Source: an uncultured Gammaproteobacteria bacterium (GTDB lineage Bacteria; Patescibacteriota; Patescibacteriia; UBA2591; UBA6264). Taken from it: DNA of 21,997 bases. Below the pieces are notes generated by a model that had not been told where the DNA came from, did no database searches, and saw only the letters and a list, made by a program, of their open reading frames with translations. The stretch spans positions 1-21,997 of the forward strand of contig CAZTWG010000005.1 of assembly GCA_964617525.1 (NCBI GenBank). The letters run 5' to 3'. Position 1 is the first letter of the stretch. Each line of letters begins with the position of its first letter. Shown in pieces: positions 1 through 7,649 of the stretch. Both the position numbers and the translations under genes were made by a program.

Positions 1-58
1 CATATATATTTGTTATGACATTAGAACCATTAGAAGATTTGTTCTTATGTTTTATGTA

Positions 59-241
59 TTAAAGATTTTGTTTAAGTGTTTTTCTGAAACCCTTACTAAG
101 AGCTTTTAGTTTTCTTTTGTTTTTAGTTATTTTACGCGATTCGCGCGCATTAAAATGATTCTGCCCACAAGTCATGTGTAAGAACTTTTCATTTTTAGTT
201 TTTTTTATTCTTTTGGATATTGTTTTTGAGGGTTTATTCAT
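59..241 (-). CDS. rpmI: 50S ribosomal protein L35 (bL35)
   Basis: 60-aa very basic ORF with the bL35 pattern (K-T-x-SKRIKKT ... H..C.QNH ... KNKRKLK). Its ATG overlaps the infC stop (ATGA at 238-241). The order infC-rpmI is canonical. Confidence 0.85.
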   Translation of the reverse strand: MNKPSKTISKRIKKTKNEKFLHMTCGQNHFNARESRKITKNKRKLKALSKGFRKTLKQNL

Positions 242-750
242 TTTGATTGTTTTTTACTAATTAAGGCAGTTAATCTATTTCCTTGTCTTTTTATTTTTTG
301 TTCTATCTGAATATTTTCTCCCAGCATAGTTATAAAATTTTCAATTAGTTTTTGGGCTAAAGGAAAATGAGCTTTCTCTCTTCCTCGTAATATCATTTCA
401 ATTTTTATTTTATTCCCTTTATCCATAAACTCACATGCTTTCTTTATCCGAAAATCTAAATCATGTTTTCCTATTCTAGGGGTTAAACGTATTCCCTTAA
501 CTTCGTTAACTTTTCGTTCCTTTTTTTGTTGCTTTTCTTTCTTTTTAATGTCGTATTTAAGGTGGCTGAAGTTCAAAATCTTGGCTATAGGAGGATTAGC
601 CTGGGGGCTAATTTCAACTAAATCTAATTCTTTCTCTCGTGCCATTTCTAATGCTTTCTCTGTGTCAATAATATCTAAATGCTCCCCCTTTTCATTTATC
701 AAACGAACTTTAGAAGCAGTTATTTTGTTATTTATGCGGTAGTATTTCAA
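238..750 (-). CDS. infC: Translation initiation factor IF-3
   Basis: 170-aa ORF with IF-3 N- and C-domain hallmarks (RINNKITASKVRLINEKGEHLDI; EVKGIRLTPRIGKHDLDFRIKKA; LRGRE). The only usable initiator is TTG at 750-748, because an in-frame TAA lies at 768-766. Confidence 0.95.
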   Translation of the reverse strand: MKYYRINNKITASKVRLINEKGEHLDIIDTEKALEMAREKELDLVEISPQANPPIAKILNFSHLKYDIKKKEKQQKKERKVNEVKGIRLTPRIGKHDLDFRIKKACEFMDKGNKIKIEMILRGREKAHFPLAQKLIENFITMLGENIQIEQKIKRQGNRLTALISKKQSK

Positions 751-806
751 TTTTTTGAATTTATCTTATTTAAATAATTTGTTTCTTTCTATAACTATAC
801 TAAGTA

Positions 807-1192
807 TGGTGGAGATGGCGGGTACTTCCCCCGCGTTCGCAGGAATTAAGATAAAAGTTTCTACCTTTATAGTTCAATTAATTTCTTGACCAAAGGCACA
901 AATTGAACAAATTCCTTTAGTCACAGCCCAGTTAATGCAACCACCCTATTTGGGCGATAGACCGGTTGTTTTCCTACTGATAAATCATCAAATTTTTTAG
1001 TAGGATTCAAAAATTTGACGGCTATTGCTTTTGTTAAGCTGTAGCAAATTGAAAGGCTGGAATGCTAAGCATTCGCCTTATTTTAGCAATTGTTTTGCCA
1101 TTTATGTTTTTAGAGAACTAACGCGTCCCTAAGATGTATACGAAAGGCTTATTTTTATCCAAATTTTCTTGCGTCGATTATAAGACATCCCC
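807..1192 (-). ncRNA. ssrA: tmRNA (SsrA), one-piece, CCA encoded
   Basis: The minus strand reads 5' GGGGATGTCTTATAATCGACGC ... ACGCGGG-GGAAGTA-CCCGC-CATCTCC-ACCA 3'. A 7-bp acceptor stem (GGGGATG/CATCTCC) contains the G3:U wobble used by AlaRS. The AATCGACG box near the 5' end and the ACGCGGG...CCCGCC...CTCCACCA 3' end closely parallel E. coli tmRNA. An internal tag reading frame lies at 1099-1034. Length is 386 nt, and smpB lies 4.6 kb away. Confidence 0.85.
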
Positions 1193-1199
1193 TTGTAAT

Positions 1200-1233
1200 A
1201 TATTAAGGATACAGTTTTTGTGCAGAATGTCAA
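1200..1233 (-). promoter_or_regulatory. Possible ssrA promoter elements
   Basis: On the minus strand TAATAT (1205-1200) ends 7 nt before the first G of the tmRNA. A perfect TTGACA (1233-1228) abuts the fusA stop, but its 22-nt spacing to that -10 is too long. The two elements therefore do not form one clean promoter. Confidence 0.25.
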
Positions 1234-3327
1234 TTATTTTTTATCATCTTTGTCGATTAACTTAGCTAGAATATGAGCTGGGGTAGAGGCGTAGTGATCG
1301 AATTCCATACTAGAGCTACCACGCCCTTCAGTTACTGACCTTAATGCAGTGGTGTAACCAAACATTTCGGATAAAGGTGATAGAGCATGGACTATTTTTA
1401 CTTGGCCCCTATCTTTTGTCTCTTGGATTTGAGAACGACGGGAATTAAGATCACCAATAACATCTCCCATAAACTTTTCCGGAACCACTACTTCTAATTT
1501 CATTATGGGTTCTAACAGAGTTGGTTTTGCATTCTTGACTCCCTCTTTGATTGCTCGTGTAGCTGCGATTTTAAAAGCTGCTTCTGAAGAATCCACCTCA
1601 TGAAAAGACCCATCATAAACAGTAACCTTCATGTCTACCAATGGATAACCTGCTAGGGCTCCTTCTGACATAGCCTGAATAACTCCTTTTTTAATGGCTG
1701 GAATAAATTCTCTAGGAATGGCTCCGCCTTTGATTTTATCTACAAATTCAAATCCTCCTCCCCTTTCCTTAGGTTCAAGCTCTAAATAGCAGTGTCCATA
1801 CTGACCACGTCCTCCTGATTGATGAATATATTTTCCTTCGCTTTTAACAGTAGTAGTAATAGTTTCTTTATATGCAACTTGAGGTTGCCCAATATTAACA
1901 TTAACGTTAAATTCTCGCTTTAATCTGTCAACAATAATTTCTAAATGTAATTCCCCCATACCAGAGATGATAGTTTGACCTGTTTCTTCGTCAGTTTTTA
2001 CTCGGAAAGTTGGGTCTTCTTCTACTAACTTAGTAATAGCTACTCCCATTTTTTCTTGGTCTAATTTTGTTTTTGGCTCAATAGCAATAGAAATAACAGG
2101 ATTAGGGAAACTGATAGATTCTAGAATAATAGGGTTGTTGACGTCACATAGAGTATCGCCAGTAGTAGTATTTTTTATACCGACAATGGCAGCAATATCT
2201 CCCGCCGAAACCTTATCAATTTCTTTTCTTTGATTTGAATGCATTTGAACGATTCTACCCACTCTTTCCTTGTTTCTTGTGGTAGTGTTAAGAACATAAG
2301 ACCCAGAAGCTAATGTCCCAGAATAAACCCTGAAATAACACAGTCGTCCCACATAAGGATCTGTGGCTATTTTAAAAGCTATAGCTGAAAAGGGTTCTTT
2401 GTCGTCAGCTTTACGAGTTGATTTTTCTTCTGTGTTAGGGTCAATACCTTCTATCACTGGGATATCTAATGGCGATGGAAGATAAAAAGAAATAGCATTT
2501 AGAAGGGGTTGAATCCCTTTATTTTTTAATGCTGAACCACAAAGAATAGGTACTATTTTTCCTTTAATAACAGCCTGCCTTAGTAATTTTCTTAAAATTT
2601 TTAAATCTGGTTCTTTGCCCTCCAGGTATTCATTCATTAACTCTTCATCATCAACAATAATAGCTTCTATTATTTCAGTTCTATATTTTTCTATTTTTTC
2701 TTTTAAATTTTCAGGAGCATCTTCTATTTTCACTTCATCTCCCATTTCGCCTGAATATATATGCGCTTTACGGGTAAATAAATCTACAATCCCTTTAAAA
2801 TTCGTTTCAGAACCTATCGGCAATTGCAAAGGATGAGCATTTTTAGTTAAGCGCTCATGAATAGAATCTAGGTCAGCGTAAAAGTTAGCTCCAGTACGGT
2901 CCATTTTATTAATAAAACCAATTAGTGGTATCTTAAATTTTTCAGCCTGATGATAAACGGTTTCAGACTGAGGTTCAACTCCTGCTACTCCATCAAAAAC
3001 AACTACTCCTCCATCCAGAATACGCAAAGACCTCTGAACCTCAGCAGTGAAATCAATATGGCCTGGAGTATCAATGATATTAATTTTGGTTTTGCCTCCT
3101 TCTGGATCGGTCCAAAAAACAGTAGTTGCTGCCGAAGTAATAGTAACCCCTCTTTCTTTCTCTTGTTCCATCCAATCCATTTCTGCCTCACCTTGGTGTA
3201 CTTCTCCTACCTTATGTTTTTTCCCAGTATAGTACAGAATTCTCTCGCTGACAGTTGTCTTCCCAGCGTCAATATGAGCAATAATCCCGATATTGCGTAC
3301 CTGCTCTAATTTGTATTCAGTAGACAT
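1234..3327 (-). CDS. fusA: Elongation factor G
   Basis: 697-aa ORF with the translational GTPase motifs [14 protein letters not shown] and NKMD. EF-G domain IV/V sequence is present ([13 protein letters not shown]). It lies downstream of rpsL-rpsG. Confidence 0.97.
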   Translation of the reverse strand: MSTEYKLEQVRNIGIIAHIDAGKTTVSERILYYTGKKHKVGEVHQGEAEMDWMEQEKERGVTITSAATTVFWTDPEGGKTKINIIDTPGHIDFTAEVQRSLRILDGGVVVFDGVAGVEPQSETVYHQAEKFKIPLIGFINKMDRTGANFYADLDSIHERLTKNAHPLQLPIGSETNFKGIVDLFTRKAHIYSGEMGDEVKIEDAPENLKEKIEKYRTEIIEAIIVDDEELMNEYLEGKEPDLKILRKLLRQAVIKGKIVPILCGSALKNKGIQPLLNAISFYLPSPLDIPVIEGIDPNTEEKSTRKADDKEPFSAIAFKIATDPYVGRLCYFRVYSGTLASGSYVLNTTTRNKERVGRIVQMHSNQRKEIDKVSAGDIAAIVGIKNTTTGDTLCDVNNPIILESISFPNPVISIAIEPKTKLDQEKMGVAITKLVEEDPTFRVKTDEETGQTIISGMGELHLEIIVDRLKREFNVNVNIGQPQVAYKETITTTVKSEGKYIHQSGGRGQYGHCYLELEPKERGGGFEFVDKIKGGAIPREFIPAIKKGVIQAMSEGALAGYPLVDMKVTVYDGSFHEVDSSEAAFKIAATRAIKEGVKNAKPTLLEPIMKLEVVVPEKFMGDVIGDLNSRRSQIQETKDRGQVKIVHALSPLSEMFGYTTALRSVTEGRGSSSMEFDHYASTPAHILAKLIDKDDKK

Positions 3328-3438
3328 ATTTATATTTAAATTAAATAATTAGTTATTAATAATTTTCTCCCCTTAATAAAGAGGAGAACTTTGTTTAATA
3401 AGTTCAATCAGATATCAAAAGATTTTTGGAAATAAATT

Positions 3439-3912
3439 TTAATGATATCTAGCGAAATGGGCGAAAGCCTTGTTGGCTTCGGCCATACGATGGACATCCT
3501 CTTTCTTTTTGATAGCATTGCCTTGATTTTCGGCTGCTTCTAGAAATTCTTGTCCTAGTTTTTGAAACATTGGTTTTCCTTTGCGTTTGCGGGCAGCGTC
3601 AATGATCCAGCGGGAAGCTAAGATGTATCGGCGAGATTCAGTCGTTGGAGTAGGAACCTGATAATTGGCTCCACCAACTCGGCGAGACCTTATTTCAATA
3701 AACGGAGATATATTCTCTATTGCTTTTTCAAATACTTCTAGGGGGTCTTTTTTTGTTTTTTCTTTAATGAAATCAAAAGATTTGTAAACTATTTTGCTAG
3801 CAATACTTTTTTTCCCTCCTTTCATAATATGATTAATAAATTTTGCTATAAGAACTGATTGATATTTGGGATCTGGGTTGATTTTTCTTTTTGTAGCTTG
3901 TTTTCCTCTCAT
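3439..3912 (-). CDS. rpsG: 30S ribosomal protein S7 (uS7)
   Basis: 157-aa ORF with an uS7 signature ([25 protein letters not shown] ... [15 protein letters not shown]). It sits in str-operon position between rpsL and fusA. Confidence 0.97.
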   Translation of the reverse strand: MRGKQATKRKINPDPKYQSVLIAKFINHIMKGGKKSIASKIVYKSFDFIKEKTKKDPLEVFEKAIENISPFIEIRSRRVGGANYQVPTPTTESRRYILASRWIIDAARKRKGKPMFQKLGQEFLEAAENQGNAIKKKEDVHRMAEANKAFAHFARYH

Positions 3913-3936
3913 AAATTTGGTTGTTTGGTTATCTAT

Positions 3937-4365
3937 TTATTTTTTATCTGATTTAGGTTTTTTTGTGCCATACAGACTTCTACTTTGTTTTCGACCTTCA
4001 ACTCCACTAGTATCGTAGACTCCACGAACGATATGATATCTAACTCCAGGCAAATCTTTTACTCTACCGCCCCTAACGAGAACTACTGAATGTTCTTGAA
4101 GGTTGTGTCCAATCCCAGGAATATACGTGGTTACTTCCATGCCATTAGACAATCTAACTCTAGCAATTTTACGCAAGGCAGAGTTTGGTTTTTTAGGAGT
4201 TTGGGTGGTAACCTTCAAACAAATTCCTCTTAAAAATGGACGACCCTTTTTAAGGAAAGTTCTTTTTCTTTTTAAAATATTGAAGTTAACCCTAAGAGCT
4301 GGGGTCTGAGATTTTTTTTTAGTTCTTTTCCTTCCTTTACGGACTAGTTGATTTATAGTAGGCAT
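3937..4365 (-). CDS. rpsL: 30S ribosomal protein S12 (uS12)
   Basis: 142-aa ORF with [21 protein letters not shown] and [19 protein letters not shown]. This is the long N-terminal-loop form, as in Gram-positive S12. Confidence 0.97.
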   Translation of the reverse strand: MPTINQLVRKGRKRTKKKSQTPALRVNFNILKRKRTFLKKGRPFLRGICLKVTTQTPKKPNSALRKIARVRLSNGMEVTTYIPGIGHNLQEHSVVLVRGGRVKDLPGVRYHIVRGVYDTSGVEGRKQSRSLYGTKKPKSDKK

Positions 4366-4403
4366 TTATAGGCTAGTTAATTAGTTAATTGAATATTTAA
4401 TTA

Positions 4404-4432
4404 ATTTTACTTTATTTTTAAAAAAATGTCAA
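4404..4432 (-). promoter_or_regulatory. Sigma70-type promoter for rpsL-rpsG-fusA
   Basis: The minus strand reads TTGACA (4432-4427), a 17-nt spacer, then TAAAAT (4409-4404). The -10 lies about 39 nt upstream of the rpsL ATG. Confidence 0.5.
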
Positions 4433-4443
4433 TTTTTTTCGGG

Positions 4444-5052
4444 CTAAAGAACAAATGGTTGTCCGACGATTAGCTTATATATCCCAAATATTATGGGAAA
4501 TATTGCTTGGAAACCAAAGAAAATAAATAGAAATAAAATAAAGAATCCGTATTTCTGCATCATCATTTCGTAATGTCTAAATCTGCTCGGCAAGAAGGCA
4601 AATAAGACTTTTGAGCCATCTAGAGGTGGAATCGGCAGAAGGTTGAAAGTGGCTAGGAGAATATTAGCATAAACAATAATGCTTAGAAGCGAAGTAAATT
4701 GATTTAATTCGGAAAATCTAATGATTAAACCAAAAGTTAAAGCAATAATTAGGTTAGCTAAAGGTCCAGCTAACGCTACCAAACCTGAGCCATATTTTTG
4801 ATTCCTTAAGTTATATGGATTAAAGGGAACTGGCTTGGCATAAGCAAAAAGAAATTTTCCTCCAGAAAATATAGATAAGAAAATAGGCATTAAAATAGTT
4901 CCCCATATATCAATATGGGCTATAGGATTTAACGTTAAACGTCCAGCTTGTTTGGCGGTTGGGTCCCCAAGTTGGTCTGCTGCCCAAGCATGAGCATATT
5001 CGTGAATAATAGCAGAGGGGATTATGATAAAAAAGAAAAAGAGTAAGTTCAT
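4444..5052 (-). CDS. Peptidase M50 / site-2 protease family membrane metalloprotease
   Basis: 202-aa polytopic hydrophobic ORF with HExxH (IIHEYAHAW) in the first helix. The second M50 motif NLLPIPPLDGSK is also present. Confidence 0.8.
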   Translation of the reverse strand: MNLLFFFFIIIPSAIIHEYAHAWAADQLGDPTAKQAGRLTLNPIAHIDIWGTILMPIFLSIFSGGKFLFAYAKPVPFNPYNLRNQKYGSGLVALAGPLANLIIALTFGLIIRFSELNQFTSLLSIIVYANILLATFNLLPIPPLDGSKVLFAFLPSRFRHYEMMMQKYGFFILFLFIFFGFQAIFPIIFGIYKLIVGQPFVL

Positions 5053-5127
5053 ACACTTGTTAAATAAATTTAAAATGTTAAACTAGTTATCTAGGTAAGT
5101 AAAACTTTAATTAATTAACTATTTTTT

Positions 5128-5418
5128 ATGTCAAGACGTTGTGATATCTGTGGCCGTGGGCCTCAAACAGCTATTTCTAGATCACATTCTAATGTAGCAA
5201 CAAAGAGACGCCAACTTGTAAATCTACAAAGCAAAAATATATCTGGACCTAATAATCCTTTAAGAAACATTCTTAAAGATGATAATGTTATTAAAAAGTG
5301 TTTTGGGAAAAAAGCAAGTCTATTTAAAAAAATAAATGTGGAAAACAAAAAAAATGGGAAAATAAAGATTTGTACCAAGTGTTTAAAGATTTTGAAAAAA
5401 GAATTGGATAAAACTTGA
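5128..5418 (+). CDS. rpmB: 50S ribosomal protein L28 (bL28), Cys4 form with enlarged internal region
   Basis: The N-terminus MSRRCDICGRGPQTAISRSHSNVATKRRQLVNLQ matches the bL28 core. A second CxxC (KICTKCLK) lies near the C-terminus. At 96 aa it is longer than the typical 60-80 aa. Confidence 0.8.
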   Translation: MSRRCDICGRGPQTAISRSHSNVATKRRQLVNLQSKNISGPNNPLRNILKDDNVIKKCFGKKASLFKKINVENKKNGKIKICTKCLKILKKELDKT

Positions 5419-5714
5419 TATTTTATTTCGTAGCAGGAAGGATATAATAGAAAAAATAATTATAATTATTATGCGACCTAAACCCTATGGAATAATAAAA
5501 GTCAATTTAAAAAAACTGATAAGATGGGTATAATCTCTTGTAATTTATGTGCGGGAATATATAGAAGTGGATGGAAAGGAGCCCGGAGAAACTGGCCGAA
5601 AAATTAGAAAGGATTAATTTAATGTGGTAGATACTGATTTAATTGCTTTGCTCTTGTGTTTATGTAGTTATAATTAAAGAAAAAAGAATTACATGGAGAT
5701 ATTCCATAGTTTTA

Positions 5715-5741
5715 GCCTGCAATGCAGGTATTTATTTTTTT
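5715..5741 (+). terminator. Candidate rho-independent terminator (plus strand)
   Basis: Stem CCTGC (5716-5720) and GCAGG (5724-5728) with loop AAT, followed by TATTTATTTTTTT. The stem is short. The flank is T-rich only on the plus strand. Confidence 0.4.
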
Positions 5742-5825
5742 GAAAAATTTTCTCAAGAACGAAAAATTATTTTATAATTAGATACTATTGGCCTAGAAAT
5801 TTTGGGCAAAGGAGGAAATTTAATT

Positions 5826-6293
5826 TTAGTCCGAAAATTTGAATGAGTCTTTGAGCTTTTGATTGATTCTTTTTTTTATATCTTTGTTTTTAATTGATTG
5901 TCTTTTGTCATACTTTTTCTTACCTCTTGCTATAGCAATTTCTATTTTTATAATACTACCCTTAGTATAAACCTTAAGGGGTATTGCGCTTAACCCAATT
6001 ATATGTGTTTTGCTAATTATTTCTTGAATTTCTTTTTTTCTAAAAAGTAATTTTCTGCTTTGAGTTGGCTCATAATCTTGTTGGACTTGAAAGGCAGGGG
6101 GATAAGGGTCTACGTGAGCATTAATCAGGTATACATTGTTTTTACTATCTGCCATGACATAACTACCCACAAGATTTATTCTTCCGTTCTTGATTGATTT
6201 TACTTCGGGCCCAGTTAAAATAATTCCAGCCTCAAAAGTATCTAAAATTTCATAATTATATAGGGCTTTTTTGTTTTTAGCTATTGTTTTCAT
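5826..6293 (-). CDS. smpB: SsrA-binding protein SmpB
   Basis: 155-aa ORF with SmpB hallmarks (NKKALYNYEILDTFEAGIILTGPEVKSI ... RKLLFRKKEI ... IAIARGKKKYDKR). The tmRNA partner is present in the window. Confidence 0.95.
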   Translation of the reverse strand: MKTIAKNKKALYNYEILDTFEAGIILTGPEVKSIKNGRINLVGSYVMADSKNNVYLINAHVDPYPPAFQVQQDYEPTQSRKLLFRKKEIQEIISKTHIIGLSAIPLKVYTKGSIIKIEIAIARGKKKYDKRQSIKNKDIKKRINQKLKDSFKFSD

Positions 6294-6367
6294 GAGATGA
6301 TAGTATTTAAAGCTTATTCTTTATAGTTTAACAAATTAATGCTTGTTTTGTCCACTATTTATTTGGC

Positions 6368-6396
6368 TTGCTTTTGTGTTTTTAATTTTGTATAAT
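6368..6396 (+). promoter_or_regulatory. Candidate promoter for the glycosyltransferase cluster
   Basis: TTGCTT (6368-6373), 17-nt spacer, TATAAT (6391-6396), with TG immediately upstream of the -10. It lies 49 nt before the ATG at 6445. Confidence 0.35.
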
Positions 6397-6444
6397 ATAA
6401 TAACTGATTTCATTGATTTCTGTTTTTAATATTAAATTGTATCT

Positions 6445-7623
6445 ATGAAAATTGGCATAGATTGTCGGACAATTTTACATCCTGAAAAAGGAGAGCGTGA
6501 TGGTATTGGTCATTATACATATCAATTAGTTCGTCATTTGTTAAAAATTGACAAAAAGAATACTTATGTTCTTTTCTTTGACCATTCTATTGGGAAAGAT
6601 AGAATAGTAAAGTTTAAACAAAAAAATGTTTCAATTAAATTTATTCCATTTTTGCAATATGCTAATTTAATGCCTGACAAATATGCTCATTTTTTAGTTA
6701 GCGCAACTATTTCTCGCGAAAAATTAGATATTCTCCATTCACCAATTCCTTGGTTGCCACGTCCATACATTGGCAGAACTATAGTAACCGTTCATGATTT
6801 AGCAATTTGTAAACTTTTTGAATTATATTCTCGACAAAATCAAGATATTATTTTTAGAAAAAATTTGCCAAGCATTCTAGATAAAGCTCAAGGAATTATT
6901 GCGGTTTCTAAGTCTACGTCTAAAGATTTACAGCAAATTTTTAATATTAATAGTAAAAAGATTAAGGTTATTTATCACGGTGTTGATAAAAGATTTTTTA
7001 AAAAAAATACTTTATCTAAAATTAAACAAGTTCAAAGTAAATATAAAATTAAAAAGGATTATTTATTTTCTTTAAGTAATTTTGGTCTTAGAAAAAATAT
7101 TACTCGTATTATTTTCGCCTATGAACGTTTAAGAAAAAAAATGGAAACGGAAAAGGGGAAAGTTTTTCCAGAGTATCAATTAGTCTTAGCGGGTAGTAAT
7201 AAGAACTTCGATTTTAAAAAAATTAAGCAAATAGTTTCTTTATCAAAATATAAGGAAGATATTATTTTCCCAGGTTATATAGAAGCTTCAGATTTAAATG
7301 CTTTATTCGAGGGAGCCAGTCTATTTATGTTTCCATCTCTTTATGAAGGGTTTGGTTTCCCAGTGATTGAAGCTATGGCAAAGGGATTACCGGTTATTAC
7401 TAGCAATACTTCGTCTATGAAAGAAATAGCTGGTCAATCAGCAGTAATTGTTGATCCTTATAACGTTTCTGAAATAATGACCGCTGCTTACAATTTATTG
7501 ACTAATAAAAAATTATATGATATCTTTAAAGATAAGGGAAAGCTTTTAGCTGGGAAATTCAAGTGGGATAAATGTGCCCGCGAAACTTTAAATTTTTATC
7601 AAAGGACGATTAATTCTAATTAA
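6445..7623 (+). CDS. Glycosyltransferase, GT-B fold, family 1/4
   Basis: 392-aa ORF with the C-terminal GT4 signature FPSLYEGFGFPVIEAMAKGLPVITSN. The donor-binding half is typical in overall layout. Confidence 0.85.
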   Translation: MKIGIDCRTILHPEKGERDGIGHYTYQLVRHLLKIDKKNTYVLFFDHSIGKDRIVKFKQKNVSIKFIPFLQYANLMPDKYAHFLVSATISREKLDILHSPIPWLPRPYIGRTIVTVHDLAICKLFELYSRQNQDIIFRKNLPSILDKAQGIIAVSKSTSKDLQQIFNINSKKIKVIYHGVDKRFFKKNTLSKIKQVQSKYKIKKDYLFSLSNFGLRKNITRIIFAYERLRKKMETEKGKVFPEYQLVLAGSNKNFDFKKIKQIVSLSKYKEDIIFPGYIEASDLNALFEGASLFMFPSLYEGFGFPVIEAMAKGLPVITSNTSSMKEIAGQSAVIVDPYNVSEIMTAAYNLLTNKKLYDIFKDKGKLLAGKFKWDKCARETLNFYQRTINSN

Positions 7624-7649
7624 TTCTAATAATTTTTAAATTATTGATT

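Noticed and set aside
1-58. Possible start of rplT (L20) on the minus strand (CAT at 1-3) downstream of rpmI
   Set aside because: Gene order makes it plausible, but only a single codon would be inside the window, so it cannot be supported from the sequence.
3365-3388. Hairpin TTCTCC..GGAGAA in the 110-nt rpsG-fusA spacer
   Set aside because: On the transcribed (minus) strand the 8-bp stem with one G:U is followed by AATTATTAAT rather than a U-run. The T-rich flank is on the non-transcribed strand. It is at most a weak intra-operon structure, so I did not call it a terminator.
548-4309. ORF-track entries antisense to or nested in infC, fusA and rpsL (548-742+, 2615-2836+, 2950-3309+, 3003-3191-, 3047-3232+, 4103-4309+)
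   Set aside because: Each lies wholly inside a confidently identified conserved gene on the opposite strand or in another frame. They have low-complexity, Ser/Phe/Ile-rich composition and no recognisable motif. They are typical shadow ORFs.
5568-5600. GGAAAGGAGCCCGG / CCGG-AGAAA-CTGG patch that superficially recalls RNase P CR-I (GGAAAGUCCGGGC) or SRP helix 8
   Set aside because: The match to the RNase P box breaks after GGAAAG. The other universally conserved RNase P and SRP elements (ACAGAA.. box; GGAA tetraloop with AGCA symmetric loop) are absent from the gap on both strands.
5472-5607. Mini-ORFs in the rpmB-smpB gap (20 codons from ATG 5472; 27 codons MGIISCNLCAGIYRSGWKGARRNWPKN from ATG 5524)
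   Set aside because: They resemble no small ribosomal protein or other small protein I know. The ATG at 5524 overlaps the candidate -10 box, and the composition is not coding-like. They remain only a remote possibility.
5808-5815. Perfect Shine-Dalgarno-like AAAGGAGG on the plus strand (CCTCCTTT on the minus strand, resembling the 16S 3' tail)
   Set aside because: No ATG, GTG or TTG lies 4-12 nt downstream on the plus strand; only a 7-codon ATT-initiated frame runs into the smpB 3' end. The 8-nt match is far too short to indicate an rRNA fragment. It is flanked by an AT-only AAATTT/AAATTT inverted repeat of negligible stability.
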